A stretch of DNA of 64,000 nucleotides from Macrostomum hystrix (taxonomy: Eukaryota > Animalia > Platyhelminthes): NCBI GenBank assembly GCA_950097015.1, contig CATNEN010000025.1, positions 372,001-436,000 of the forward strand, read 5' to 3'. The notes under the pieces are model-generated. The model was not told where the DNA came from and made no database searches. It saw only the letters and a program-made list of their open reading frames with translations. Both the position numbers and the translations under genes were made by a program. This document shows positions 23,901-34,665 of the stretch, piece by piece. Position 1 is the stretch's first letter; every line of letters begins with the position of its first letter.

Positions 23901-26085
23901 TTACTCATCGTTCACAACACAGAGGCCATCAAGACAACGACCTTGGCTTCCCGTGCCACAGGCGACTCCGTTAAAGGCGCTCATCCTAACGGTGCAAATG
24001 CTCGACGAGACGACAGAGACCAGGGTGCTGTTGGTTGAATCGGATGCGCGGCAGCAGAACATGCGGCACTGCATTGACTATGACGATTGTTTAAATGGGG
24101 CGAGCCGATATGCAGAATCAGGTGTCAGAAATTCAACTTACTGATTGTTTATTAATGCTGGGAAAGGAGACGCGGGGGCTTCTGAGTTAGCTGTTGGGTT
24201 CAATAGTGTCTTTTCTGCAAGTTCTAATCTTTGAATTCATGTCTTAACATTCTACGAGCGTTTGGATACAATTAATCGATCTTGACCACTTCCCCTGCTG
24301 ACAAAATAGTTTAAGGCCGCTATTTTCAGTTCTCAGTCTCATTTTCAGCTTCAGTCTCACCTGAAATGGCACTCCGCTGACAGGCTGCTGACCATCTGTT
24401 ACTAGATGACAGACTCTGTCTGGCTGCCAAACTATGACGTCACTGATTTCCGACGGTCGACGGGCACTCCTCTGCAGTTTGCGCATGCAAATAGAATGTC
24501 GCCTGCAATAAAGTGAACTGCATGGTTAAGAAAAGACGCAATAGAGTATTACGGTTGCTTATGAGTAAAACTTTTACAACCGATTTCGTCAGAACACGTC
24601 ATATAACGCGTGAGTCACGAGGATATGAGTGCAGAGTAAAAGTAAACTACTTATCAGGATTCATAAACTGATGGGAATAAAATAGTGCGTAAGATGATTC
24701 AAAACTCACCCCATCGTTTCCACCTCGTTTCGCAGCTGTCTAGCGGAGTCCGCTGCCCACCGGAACGCATCCGGCCAGTCAGCGACCAGGCGTCGACTCA
24801 TCATGACGCCACCTGCGCCAGCCATGTGGCCCAGCCGCAGTCCGTGGCCTAACTCATGCGCTGCCGTGAACGCGATGCGAAACAATCTCCGCCTTGGCAC
24901 CATGAGCAGGGCGCAGTCGACGCCGGGCCAGCAGGCGCCGCCGCGGTAGGCGATACCAAGAGGCGCCACGGATGAGCCGGCTGGCCCGGTGAGCAGCAGA
25001 GCCTGGCCGTAGTCCGGCAGATGTCGATGGACTCGCTCGGCGTCGGCGAAGCGGCAGAACTGGCGCAGAACGTCGCCAGCGAGACGGTCGCTCGAGTCAG
25101 AATGGTCTTTGGCTGCTGGCCGGTGCAGTCGAGGAAGACCTATGCGGTGCTCCTTTTGTGCAAAGTTGTGAGTTCATGGCTTTGTTGCCTTAGTATAGTA
25201 AAAGCAGCTCCCACCCTGAATTTCAGCACCCCAAGATTTGCAGTTATTGGGAAGTGAGAAACTTGTCAAGCACATTGCTTGCCATCAAGAACTTACATCT
25301 GCTCGACTCAGCCGCCTGGGCGGGTTGTCAGCCATGTCGAGACGCAGTCGAACCTGGCGACTAAGCGACCTGTGAGCCAAGATGGTATTCACCTAAGAGG
25401 GGTTACGAGATTAATTATTGTTGTTAAGTTTCAGATTAAATATAAGAATAACCGAACATATTAAAAGAACATATGTAATATTTATCGCCTTTTAAATCCA
25501 CTGTGACAGATTATTATTCAGTAATGTTCACCTGTTGCACAAAGGTAGTCAGGTACATCTTGGTCTCTGCAGTGCTCTCAAAATTATTCGCAAAGGTCGA
25601 ATCGTACACCAGCTGAACCTTCATCTCATAGGTGTAGCCTGTAAGGATTAGAATTTCGTGTTAGTTCAAGAGCTCACTCTGACGCAATCAGTGCAGAAAC
25701 ATTAAATTTCAAATAGCTGTCACTTTGTCCTCAGAAGTAAATTTAGAAGACTAGAAGACAGAAAAGACAATTTAGAATACAATAATTTTTTTATCTAAAG
25801 CATTTTGGAAAACCTTATCGAACTGGTATGTGAAACGTTAGTACTGCGCCAGCAGTAGTAGTAGTAGTAGTAGTAATAGTAGTACGAGCGTACTGTAAAT
25901 TGCAGAGTATATTTTTCATTCTAGAGTAAATTTTCATCCTATTTTACAGTTACCTAACCAAACTGAATCTTCAACAGGAATTGAACAGAACAGAACTTAC
26001 CGCCATCTTCTGAAGCGTAGGCAGTTGGAATAAGAAGCGATGCAGCCAGAAAGCATGCGAAGCTGATTAGCGCAAGGCGCCTCAT
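23901..26085 (-). CDS. Secreted reprolysin/ADAMTS-like zinc metalloprotease with C-terminal cysteine-rich domain, about 338 aa; exons complement(26001..26085, 25532..25638, 25297..25392, ~24710..25152, ~24361..24469, 23901..24077)
   Basis: Signal peptide MRRLALISFACFLAASLLIPTAYA; ADAMTS-like LRQFC...DYGQALLLT...LGIAYRGGAC; zinc motif HELGHGLRLGH; Met-turn GVMM; last exon CRMFCC...AFNGVACGTGSQGRCLDGLCV (not in the ORF track). Boundaries of exons 4-5 are uncertain. Confidence 0.8.
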
Positions 26086-27809
26086 TGTCTTTAAAGTGCC
26101 GGTCTCCTCGTCAGAGCAGAAAAAAACTAGGGAAAACTTATTTAACAGGTTCACCAGGAGCTAGCTTTTGAAGTGACCAACTACGCTTTTTCAAAATTGC
26201 TGCGAAATCGATCGGTCGGTGGTCTGTCCCCCTAGGAGAAGGCAAAAATCTAGTTTGCATACGCCATCTGCAAGCTGGCCTGTAGAGAGGAAGGTGACCA
26301 GAACGACGCTTGCCTATAAACAGCTGCTTTCCGTTGGCGGAAATCTCCCTTTCGGATCCAACCCATGCAGCCTCCGCTCGATCCGTATAGCGTCATCAAG
26401 AATTTGGGATCAATGATGCGCCTAGAGGGGGAGATGGGATAACTGCACTTGGGCCTGCCTGCACTGAAAGCTGCTCCCAGATAGTTTTAGCACTGGGGCC
26501 CGGTTTGTTTCGCTTTCCCCAAAATTGGAATTCACTATATTTCCAGGAGCGCTATAGTACCATAAGCCATCGAAGCTTTGAATGATGGCTGCATGCATCT
26601 GTATGCATTATCCATCCTGACCTGCATTGGCTGTTTCTTTATGGTTTATATACAACCAGAGGGAGATGCTGTGCATTCAGTCAGGCAACAGTCAAGCTAT
26701 ACTCGTAGTTTTAACCAATGCAAAAAGGCTTGCATGGTTAGTCACGTGTGGTGTTATAATGCGAACTAAGAAATATAATTATGTGTGTTACAGCACATTT
26801 TTATCGTTCAATGTATTTTTAAGCTTTAGCTGAGGCCGCAGCTTTTAAAAAATCTAGCGGGTCCCTCTTTTGGATCCAAGGGGTTGCTTAGGATTGCAAA
26901 AATAAGTCTTTGCAGACCGCCAAGACCGCTAATAGTAGAAATTGGTGCGCTACAATAGCATTCAAGAGAGCACTCTTCGCTATGCATGATCAGCTGCATA
27001 TTCACTTGCACATTCTAATGTATGCCTTCTCGTAGAACTTGCTTGAATATTCCCCAAACTTGCCCTACTATAAGTAGTGTGAGGGCACCATGGCCTAGCG
27101 GTCGGCACCAGTAAGGGATTAATCGAAAACGATTAGGCCATTTCACATTCGATCCGACACAAAAGTAAACACAAATTCGGACAGCGCAAACCTTTGTCAT
27201 GGAAACTACTGCTCAACATTGAGGCACGGGTTCCCTGGAGATCACAAAATTTAAGCGACATTTGATTTGGCTAGTTACAAATTTACTTGTAAAGGCGACT
27301 GTCTGCGAATACCAAATGCTGTCATCTTTTACTTCTAGCCGCATTCGCGTGCACTTTGGAGCCAAACCCCTGTACAATTGCACGCTTGGCGCTGTACAGC
27401 AGATATTTTTTACATGTTAGAATTGCACTGTTAAGTAACCAAAAAGCGAACTTATGTTTCGCTTTGCTTACATAAATTATGAAGGAATTTAGGAATATGG
27501 TGATTAATCATCTCAGTTCGTTCAAAGCGATATCGCGTAGCGTCCTGATGAAATCAAATATACTGACAGAATCCAATGCTTGCATGACATCAGCTAAAAA
27601 GCCAAAGCAAACCAAACTGAGCTGCACGACGATTTTTTATTTAAAACGAAAGGACTCCTTGCATCTAGAACAAGTGGATGGAAGAAAACGTAATTAAAAA
27701 AGGAGCCATACACAAGTCCAAAGCCGTCATTCGGCTGAATCACTCTCAAGCAATTGCTATGTACGCCAATAATTACCAAAAGGTAAATAAGAAGAGAGAC
27801 ATTTTCAGT

Positions 27810-29240
27810 TCATAGCTCAGTATTCTCTCTATCCCTAGCCACAGAGTGGAAGGCCTCAGCCTGGCGCACAAACGCACGAATCTCGTCGGCCAGGACGATA
27901 GGCAGTTCGAGAGCGGCGAAATGACCACCGCGTTCGTCGAAATTAGAGAAGCGTAGCAGATTCGGGTGGGTGGGGCGGACGAAGCGCTCTGGTATCCGGA
28001 TGAGCTCATGGGCGAAGGACGCGACGCCGTAAGGCACACTAGACGGGATGGACATGTATGTGTTTGAAGACTCTCCGTCGACGCTAAAATACTCTTTGTA
28101 AAGTCGCATTGACGAAGTAATCGAGCCAGTCGTCCAGTAGATCATCACGTTCGTCAGCAGCTCGTCCATCGTGAAAGCCGCCTTCGGACCAATCAGGTTG
28201 CCGTCTGGAGAGAATCGGTTCTTCGGATCAGTCCAAACACTGAACTTCTCTAGGATATAGGCGGCGAGGCCCACTGGCGAGTCGGAAAGAGCGTGGCCCA
28301 CGGAGTCCGGACGAGTGGCCTGGAGATGAAAATAACCTGACTCTCTGATCATGTCACCCAGCTTTCCGAAGAATGGGTAGATCTTGTCGCAGTCTCGCTT
28401 GTCGAACAGAACTCCAGCTGGAAGGAACGAGCCCAAGATAGTCTGCAACATCAATGACGGGTGACGATATGACTGCATCGGCATGCTTGTGTGAAAGCCC
28501 AACAGCTGGTCCTGGAATTCGACGGCCATCACGTGACCGATGATGCTGCCCCAGTCTCCGCCGTGCAGGTAGTACTTGGTGAAGCCGAGTCTGCTCATCA
28601 GCTTGTTCATCACTCGAGAAGCCGCTACCGGGTCGAATCCGCGCTTCTTCGGAGCCTCGGACCACGCGAAGCCGGGCAGAGATGCGGCTACCACCTCGAA
28701 GGCGAGACCGTCAGCGTCGGGAGTCGTGAGCAGAGGCAGCATCTTGTAGAACTCGAACACAGAGCTAGGCCAACCGTGAAGAAGCAGTAGCGGCACCTGC
28801 TTCTTTGCGTTTTTCGGCTTCAAGTGCATGAAGTGCACTCGCAGGCCCTCAATTCGGGTGTAGTAGTTCTGGAAGCTGTTGATCGTCTTCTCCCACTGGC
28901 GCCAGTCATATTTTTCCAGCCAGTAGGCGACCACCTGCTTCATAAAGTGGCCATTGAAGCCGTACTCGAATGCCGCGTCTTCAAGCGGCTCCACCCATTT
29001 GAAAGCGCGCAGGCGGGACTTCAAGTCGTTGAGCACTGCGTCGCTCACCTCTATTTTTGCTTCTTCCACCGCTTCATCATCGCTTCTCATGTCCTCGCTG
29101 CTGCCCCAGTTGACGGTTGCCGGAAGGTTGGGCTTTGGCGGCACCGCCAGCTGATCCAGGACTCCCAGTCCGGCCAGAACTAACAGGACTAGCAGGAGCG
29201 CGGTTCCGAGGCAGAAAGCTTTTCGCAACAGACACCACAT
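27810..29240 (-). CDS. EPHX1: Microsomal epoxide hydrolase, copy b, intronless, 476 aa
   Basis: Same motifs as copy a, 6570 bp away; HGWPSS and HGGDWG variants; catalytic D, E, H and both Tyr present. Confidence 0.95.
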   Translation of the reverse strand: MWCLLRKAFCLGTALLLVLLVLAGLGVLDQLAVPPKPNLPATVNWGSSEDMRSDDEAVEEAKIEVSDAVLNDLKSRLRAFKWVEPLEDAAFEYGFNGHFMKQVVAYWLEKYDWRQWEKTINSFQNYYTRIEGLRVHFMHLKPKNAKKQVPLLLLHGWPSSVFEFYKMLPLLTTPDADGLAFEVVAASLPGFAWSEAPKKRGFDPVAASRVMNKLMSRLGFTKYYLHGGDWGSIIGHVMAVEFQDQLLGFHTSMPMQSYRHPSLMLQTILGSFLPAGVLFDKRDCDKIYPFFGKLGDMIRESGYFHLQATRPDSVGHALSDSPVGLAAYILEKFSVWTDPKNRFSPDGNLIGPKAAFTMDELLTNVMIYWTTGSITSSMRLYKEYFSVDGESSNTYMSIPSSVPYGVASFAHELIRIPERFVRPTHPNLLRFSNFDERGGHFAALELPIVLADEIRAFVRQAEAFHSVARDRENTEL

Positions 29241-30359
29241 TGCCGAATGTAAGGATCGACTTGCAGATGGATTTTTTAATGGCGCGAGTTTGCAAATTGC
29301 AACAGCAGTTTGTTTAATTGACTGCAAAGTTCTAGGCATTGGCCTGTTACATATATTGTCAGCGGCAGCCCTTGATCGCTTGAGCGCCAGCGACATTTGG
29401 GTAAGAAAAACCTTACAGTGCAACGATGTACATGCATAATACTGTCAGCGTATATCGCAACTGCATTGAACGCCATTCAGCCACCCCATTTTTGTACGCT
29501 CGCATTTCGCTAAACTCTCCAGACTATATAACCAATGAGACAAAGCCTCAACTCTGTCTGACTGCCTATGAAATACAAGATTGTGCTTTCGTTAAAACCG
29601 TTAAAATCGGACAATGAATAAAAATGTTTTCTGCAACCGAACTTTTTAAGGTTGTGCTTTCTAAATAGCATTTTTTCATATTTATACTGCAGCTCGATAC
29701 CTGTAAATCCGGCAGACATAATATTTTACTAAAATGTTGAGTTTATTAATATTCGGCTGTCTAATGAAACAATAACAGAGTCACAGAAGTTAAACGAAAC
29801 GGAAGTTACTTAACAGTGCATTTCTCTAAGTTAGATTCTAACTGCGTTAGAATCTCCTATCTGCTTAGTGTATTTACTGGTCCGGAAAATGGGGTTTGGC
29901 GGGAGATGTCTCTCCTGTTTCTAGATTTAGAGCTCTATGGGTAGACCCATGCAGCAAACAGTTTTACGTTGTTGACTTCTGGGGGTTTTGTTTTGGATTT
30001 CAGACTTCCACTGTAAGGGTTGCACGGGAAGAAGGGAGAGGGAAGGCTCTCCAGGACAGACTGAAAAGCCTACTGAGTGTACATTTGATGTACATTAGTT
30101 TGGATGAGGCAGCGAGAAACCCAAACCCCCGGGCCTGGACCCTCACGAATCGGCTTTATCATTAAAAGTCAGATACCCTTTCACATCACCAGTGGTTGAC
30201 TGGTTGCTCATGTTCCCTACAAAACTGAATAACTTTAGAATAAGTTATAAAACATTACATAAAATAAACTGTCCTAGATAAGACAGACCATATCGAGCCA
30301 TTACGAAGCAAAGTAGCTATCGGACGAATATAACGAATCACATTAAAAGTTTAGCAGAA

Positions 30360-33024
30360 ATGCTACGCAAACTATTCTGTATTGGGGCCGTGCTCCTGCT
30401 AGCCCTGCTAGTGCTGGCTGGACTAGGAGTCCTGGACCGATTGGCTGTGCCGCCAAAGCCAGACCTTCCGGCCACTGTCAACTGGGGCAGCAGCGGCGAC
30501 AGTGATGCTATCGAGCCAATGACGGTGTCAGTAAGCGACGCTGATTTGAACGATTTGAAGTCTCGACTGCGCAATTTCAAATGGGTGGAGCCACTGCAGG
30601 ATGCAACATTCGATTATGGATTCAATGGACGAGTTATGCAACAGGTTGTTAATGGCATCAAGCCTAATCCCCACTATCAGAGCATCATCAATCCTGATCC
30701 CCACTATCAGAGCATCATCAATCCTGATCCCCAGTGCCCCACTATCAAAGCATCATCAATCCTGATCCCCACTATCAAAGCATCATCAATCCTGATCCCC
30801 AGTATCAAAGCATCATCAATCCTGATCCCCACTATCAGAGCATCATCAATCCTGATCCCCAGTGCCCCACTGTCAAAGCATCATCAATCCTGATCCCCAC
30901 TATCAAAGCATCATCAATCCTGATCCCCACTATCAGAGCATCATCAATCCTGATCCCCACTATCAGAGCATCATCAATCCTGATCCCCACTATCAAAGCA
31001 TCATCAATCCTGATCCCCACTACCAGAGCATCATCAATCCTGATCCCCACTATCAGAGCATCATCAATCCTGATCCCCACTATCAGAGCATCATCAATCC
31101 TGATCCCCACTATCAGAGCATCATCAATCCTGATCCCCACTATCAGAGCATCATCAATCCTGATCCCCACTATCAGAGCATCATCAATCCTGATCCCCAC
31201 TATCAGAGCATCATCAATCCTGATCCCCACTATCAGAGCATCATCAATCCTGATCCCCACTATCAGAGCATCATCAATCCTGATCCCCACTATCAGAGCA
31301 TCATCAATCCTGATCCCCACTATCAAAGCATCATCAATCTTGATCCCCACTATCAGAGCATCATCAATCCTGATCCCCACTATCAAAGCATCATCAATCC
31401 TGATCCCCACTATCAGAGCATCATCAATCCTGATCCCCAGTGCCCCACTGTCAAAGCATCATCAATCCTGATCCCCACTATCAAAGCATCATCAATCCTG
31501 ATCCCCACTATCAAAGCATCATCAATCCTGATCCCCACTATCAGAGCATCATCAATCCTGATCCCCACTATCAAAGCATCATCAATCCTGATCCCCACTA
31601 TCAGAGCATCATCAATCCTGATCCCCACTATCAAAGCATCATCAATCCTGATCCCCACTATCAAAGCATCATCAATCCTGATCCCCACTATCAGAGCATC
31701 ATCAATCCTGATCCCCACTATCAAAGCATCATCAATCCTGATCCCCACTATCAGAGCATCATCAATCCTGATCCCCACTATCAAAGCATCATCAATCCTG
31801 ATCCCCACTACCAGAGCAACATCAATCCTGATCCCCACACTACCAGAGCATCATCAATATGACAGTAATGACAGTTACCATCACATTTGCATCACGCAGG
31901 TGGTCGCCTACTGGCTGGAAAAGTATGACTGGCGCCAGTGGGAGAAGAAGATCAACAGCTTCCAGAACTACTACACCCGAATTGAGGGCCTGCGAGTGCA
32001 CTTCATGCACTTGAAGCCGAAAAACGCAAAGAAGCAGGTGCCGCTACTGCTTCTTCACGGCTGGCCGGGCTCGGTGATCGAGTTCTACAAGATGCTGCCT
32101 CTGCTCACGACTCCCGACGCTGACGGTCTCGCCTTCGAGGTGGTAGCCGCATCTCTGCCCGGCTTCGCGTGGTCCGAGGCTCCGAAGAAGCGCGGATTCG
32201 ACCCGGTAGCGGCTTCTCGAGTGATGAACAAGCTGATGAGCAGACTCGGCTTCACCAAGTACTACCTGCACGGCGGAGACTGGGGCAGCATCATCGGTCA
32301 CGTGATGGCCGTCGAATTCCAGGACCAGCTGTTGGGCTTTCACACAAGCATGCCGATGCAGTCATATCGTCACCCGTCATTGATGTTGCAGACTATCTTG
32401 GGCTCGTTCCTTCCAGCTGGAGTTCTGTTCGACAAGCGAGACTGCGACAAGATCTACCCGTTCTTCGGAAAGCTGGGTGACGTGTTTCGCGAATTCGCTC
32501 ACGTGCACCTGCACGCCACTCGTCCGGACTCCGTGGGCCACGCTCTCTCCGACTCGCCAGTAGGCCTCGCCGCGTACATACTAGAGAAGTTCAGCGTTTG
32601 GACTCACCCGCAGAATCGGTTCGCTCCAGACGGCAACCTGATTGGTCCGAAGGCGGCCTTTACAATGGACGAGCTGCTGACAAATGTGATGGTCTACTGG
32701 ACGACTGGCTCGATCACTTCATCGATTCGACTGTACAAGGAGGCTTTTAGCGGTGACGCGGAAGACTCTAATGCCTATCCTTCAATTCCATCCAAGGTGC
32801 CCTTTGGTGTAGCAGCATTTCCGTACGAGCTGATTCGGGTCCCAGAGCGCTTCGTCCGTCCCACCCACCCGAATCTGCTTCGCTACTCCGACTTCGACGA
32901 CCGCGGTGGTCACTTCGCCGCCCTCGAACTGTCCGAGCGCATGGTCGACGAGATTCGTGCGTTTGTGCGCCTGGCTGAGGACTTCAACATTGTCAATGAG
33001 GCTAAAAATAAGGCTGAGCTTTGA
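30360..33024 (+). CDS. EPHX1: Microsomal epoxide hydrolase, copy c, 469 aa; exons 30360..30644 and 31900..33024
   Basis: Exon 1 encodes the anchor and EHN start (MLRKLFCIG...FDYGFNGRVMQQ). Exon 2 resumes at VVAYWLEK exactly as in copies a and b. The 1255-nt GT..AG interval is not a multiple of 3, so it must be spliced; the donor GTTGTT is weak. Confidence 0.88.
30655..31858. repeat. 30-bp minisatellite (ATCAGAGCATCATCAATCCTGATCCCCACT) filling the intron of epoxide hydrolase c
   Basis: About 40 units; a few 38-bp variants shift the apparent reading frame. Confidence 0.97.
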
Positions 33025-34409
33025 GAATCGAAATAGCCTTTCTAGTTATGTGTTGGACGCAGTTGAATAAGAAAAATATATACGCTTCCATATTCAACCA
33101 AGCATCTTATTTTGGATTGTCTTGGTTTGGACAGCAGTTTGGGCAGTTTGGACAGCAGTAGTTTTGGACAGCAACCAATTTTTTGCGTTATTTATTTATG
33201 CTGTCTAAATATGTTATGTACTGTTATTAATTACGCAGATAAAATTTTCTTATGAACTCTTCGAATATGAGTATTAAATTACTATAATCAATCATAGATT
33301 ACTTGATCTTCGTCTATGGCTTTGCACGCAAGCACTCTACCTCTCAATGTCGATGTATCAATATGTCAATCAATTGATCTCTTCGTCTCGCATAATATAA
33401 TCGTGATAATGTGTAATTTATTACAATTTAAATTGTAAAATGTTTCGAAATTTCATTCCTACCTACGCAATCGACAATGCGAAAAACGCCCTGGCAAGGC
33501 TCTCTCAGCGCGCGCGAGGTCGTCCTTGATCTTTTGGCACTAAACCTCGAAGGTAAGGTGAAATAATTGCAGCGATGCATAGCCTTCTTGGTTTTCACGG
33601 AGAACCGTTGAATAGAGAGAGCAAGTGCGCGAGTAAGGCAAAAATTAAGGACATCTAGAATTACTTGTCAAAAATATAATCGTGTGCAAACACGTTAGTT
33701 GCAATGCTCTGTTAAAACAAAAACTTCAGTAAAAGCTGTAAATTCTGGATCATATTCGGCTAAGAAGCTTAAAAATTATTTTTTTTACAGAATATTTGTA
33801 ATTTCATATAAAAACTTTTGTTTTTGATTGACATATAGCTTATGTAAGAGATACGTATAATACATTTTCCAAAAAATAAAAAATGTTAGATTTCGTTCCT
33901 GTAAATGACTTTGGAGCCCTGCCCTGCGGACCGGCCTGCGCTATGTGAGTGTGACCTGTATCATCAGGTGACAATTCACTAAAAATATAATTCGCAAATA
34001 AAAATATCTTATAGCAAATATCTTATGTGCTATATCTTATAGCACATAAGCCTACATAATTCATAATTTAAGTTTTCTTATTGGTCATTTGGTCTTACCG
34101 TTTTAGACTTTTGCCTAATTTAAGGTTTTACATATTTAGATATTGCCTGGCGCTGAAATTATTTTTTATACAATGTAATTAATTTATTGCATTCCAGGAA
34201 AAAAAGTGCAATGCAAACAAATAAAAACTTTTAGTTCATGTGATGTGAATAAGTTTGTTAAGGCTAATTACTGACAAAGTGACATGGTTTTCTATTTGCA
34301 ATGGATCTAGAAAGGGTAAGGATAATAGCATAGTTTCGGTTTCCTGCTTTTAATTTTATTGATTTTTTGCACATTTGCTGCGGGCAGGCTGACCTGCAGC
34401 AGCCATGTC

Positions 34410-34665
34410 TAGCAAACCACCTGACCATTAACCATTTGCTATATACTTAAATACCATAACAACCTACAGGCCCACCAAAATATGATCAAAGGTATGTGGG
34501 CCCTCTGCAAGTTCAATTTTTGCATCATACATGGAACCAGTGATTCAGTTACAACCTGTTTGAGAAGTACCTCCAGGAATTTCTTTGGCACCAAGTCTTT
34601 CCTGAGCATTAGTTTAGTAATGTCCTGTATGGGATTGCACATTGTTATCCTGTCTCTGTGACTTT
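34410..34665 (+). mobile_element. Degenerate Merlin/ISXO2-like transposase C-terminal remnant
   Basis: HLTINH.../AHQNMIKGMWALCKFNFCIIHGTSD/LFEKYLQEFLW...VLYGIAHCYP with stops and frameshifts; matches the family pattern HxTVNH...N.IEGxW...YL.EF.WR and the 42.9-kb fragment. Confidence 0.62.

Noticed and set aside
30734-31900. PHYQSIINPD / ASSILIPTIR repeat proteins and the 720-aa ORF fused to EPHX-c
   Set aside because: The array lies between a donor and an acceptor that restore the exact a/b sequence; the fused ORF lacks the membrane anchor and EHN start.
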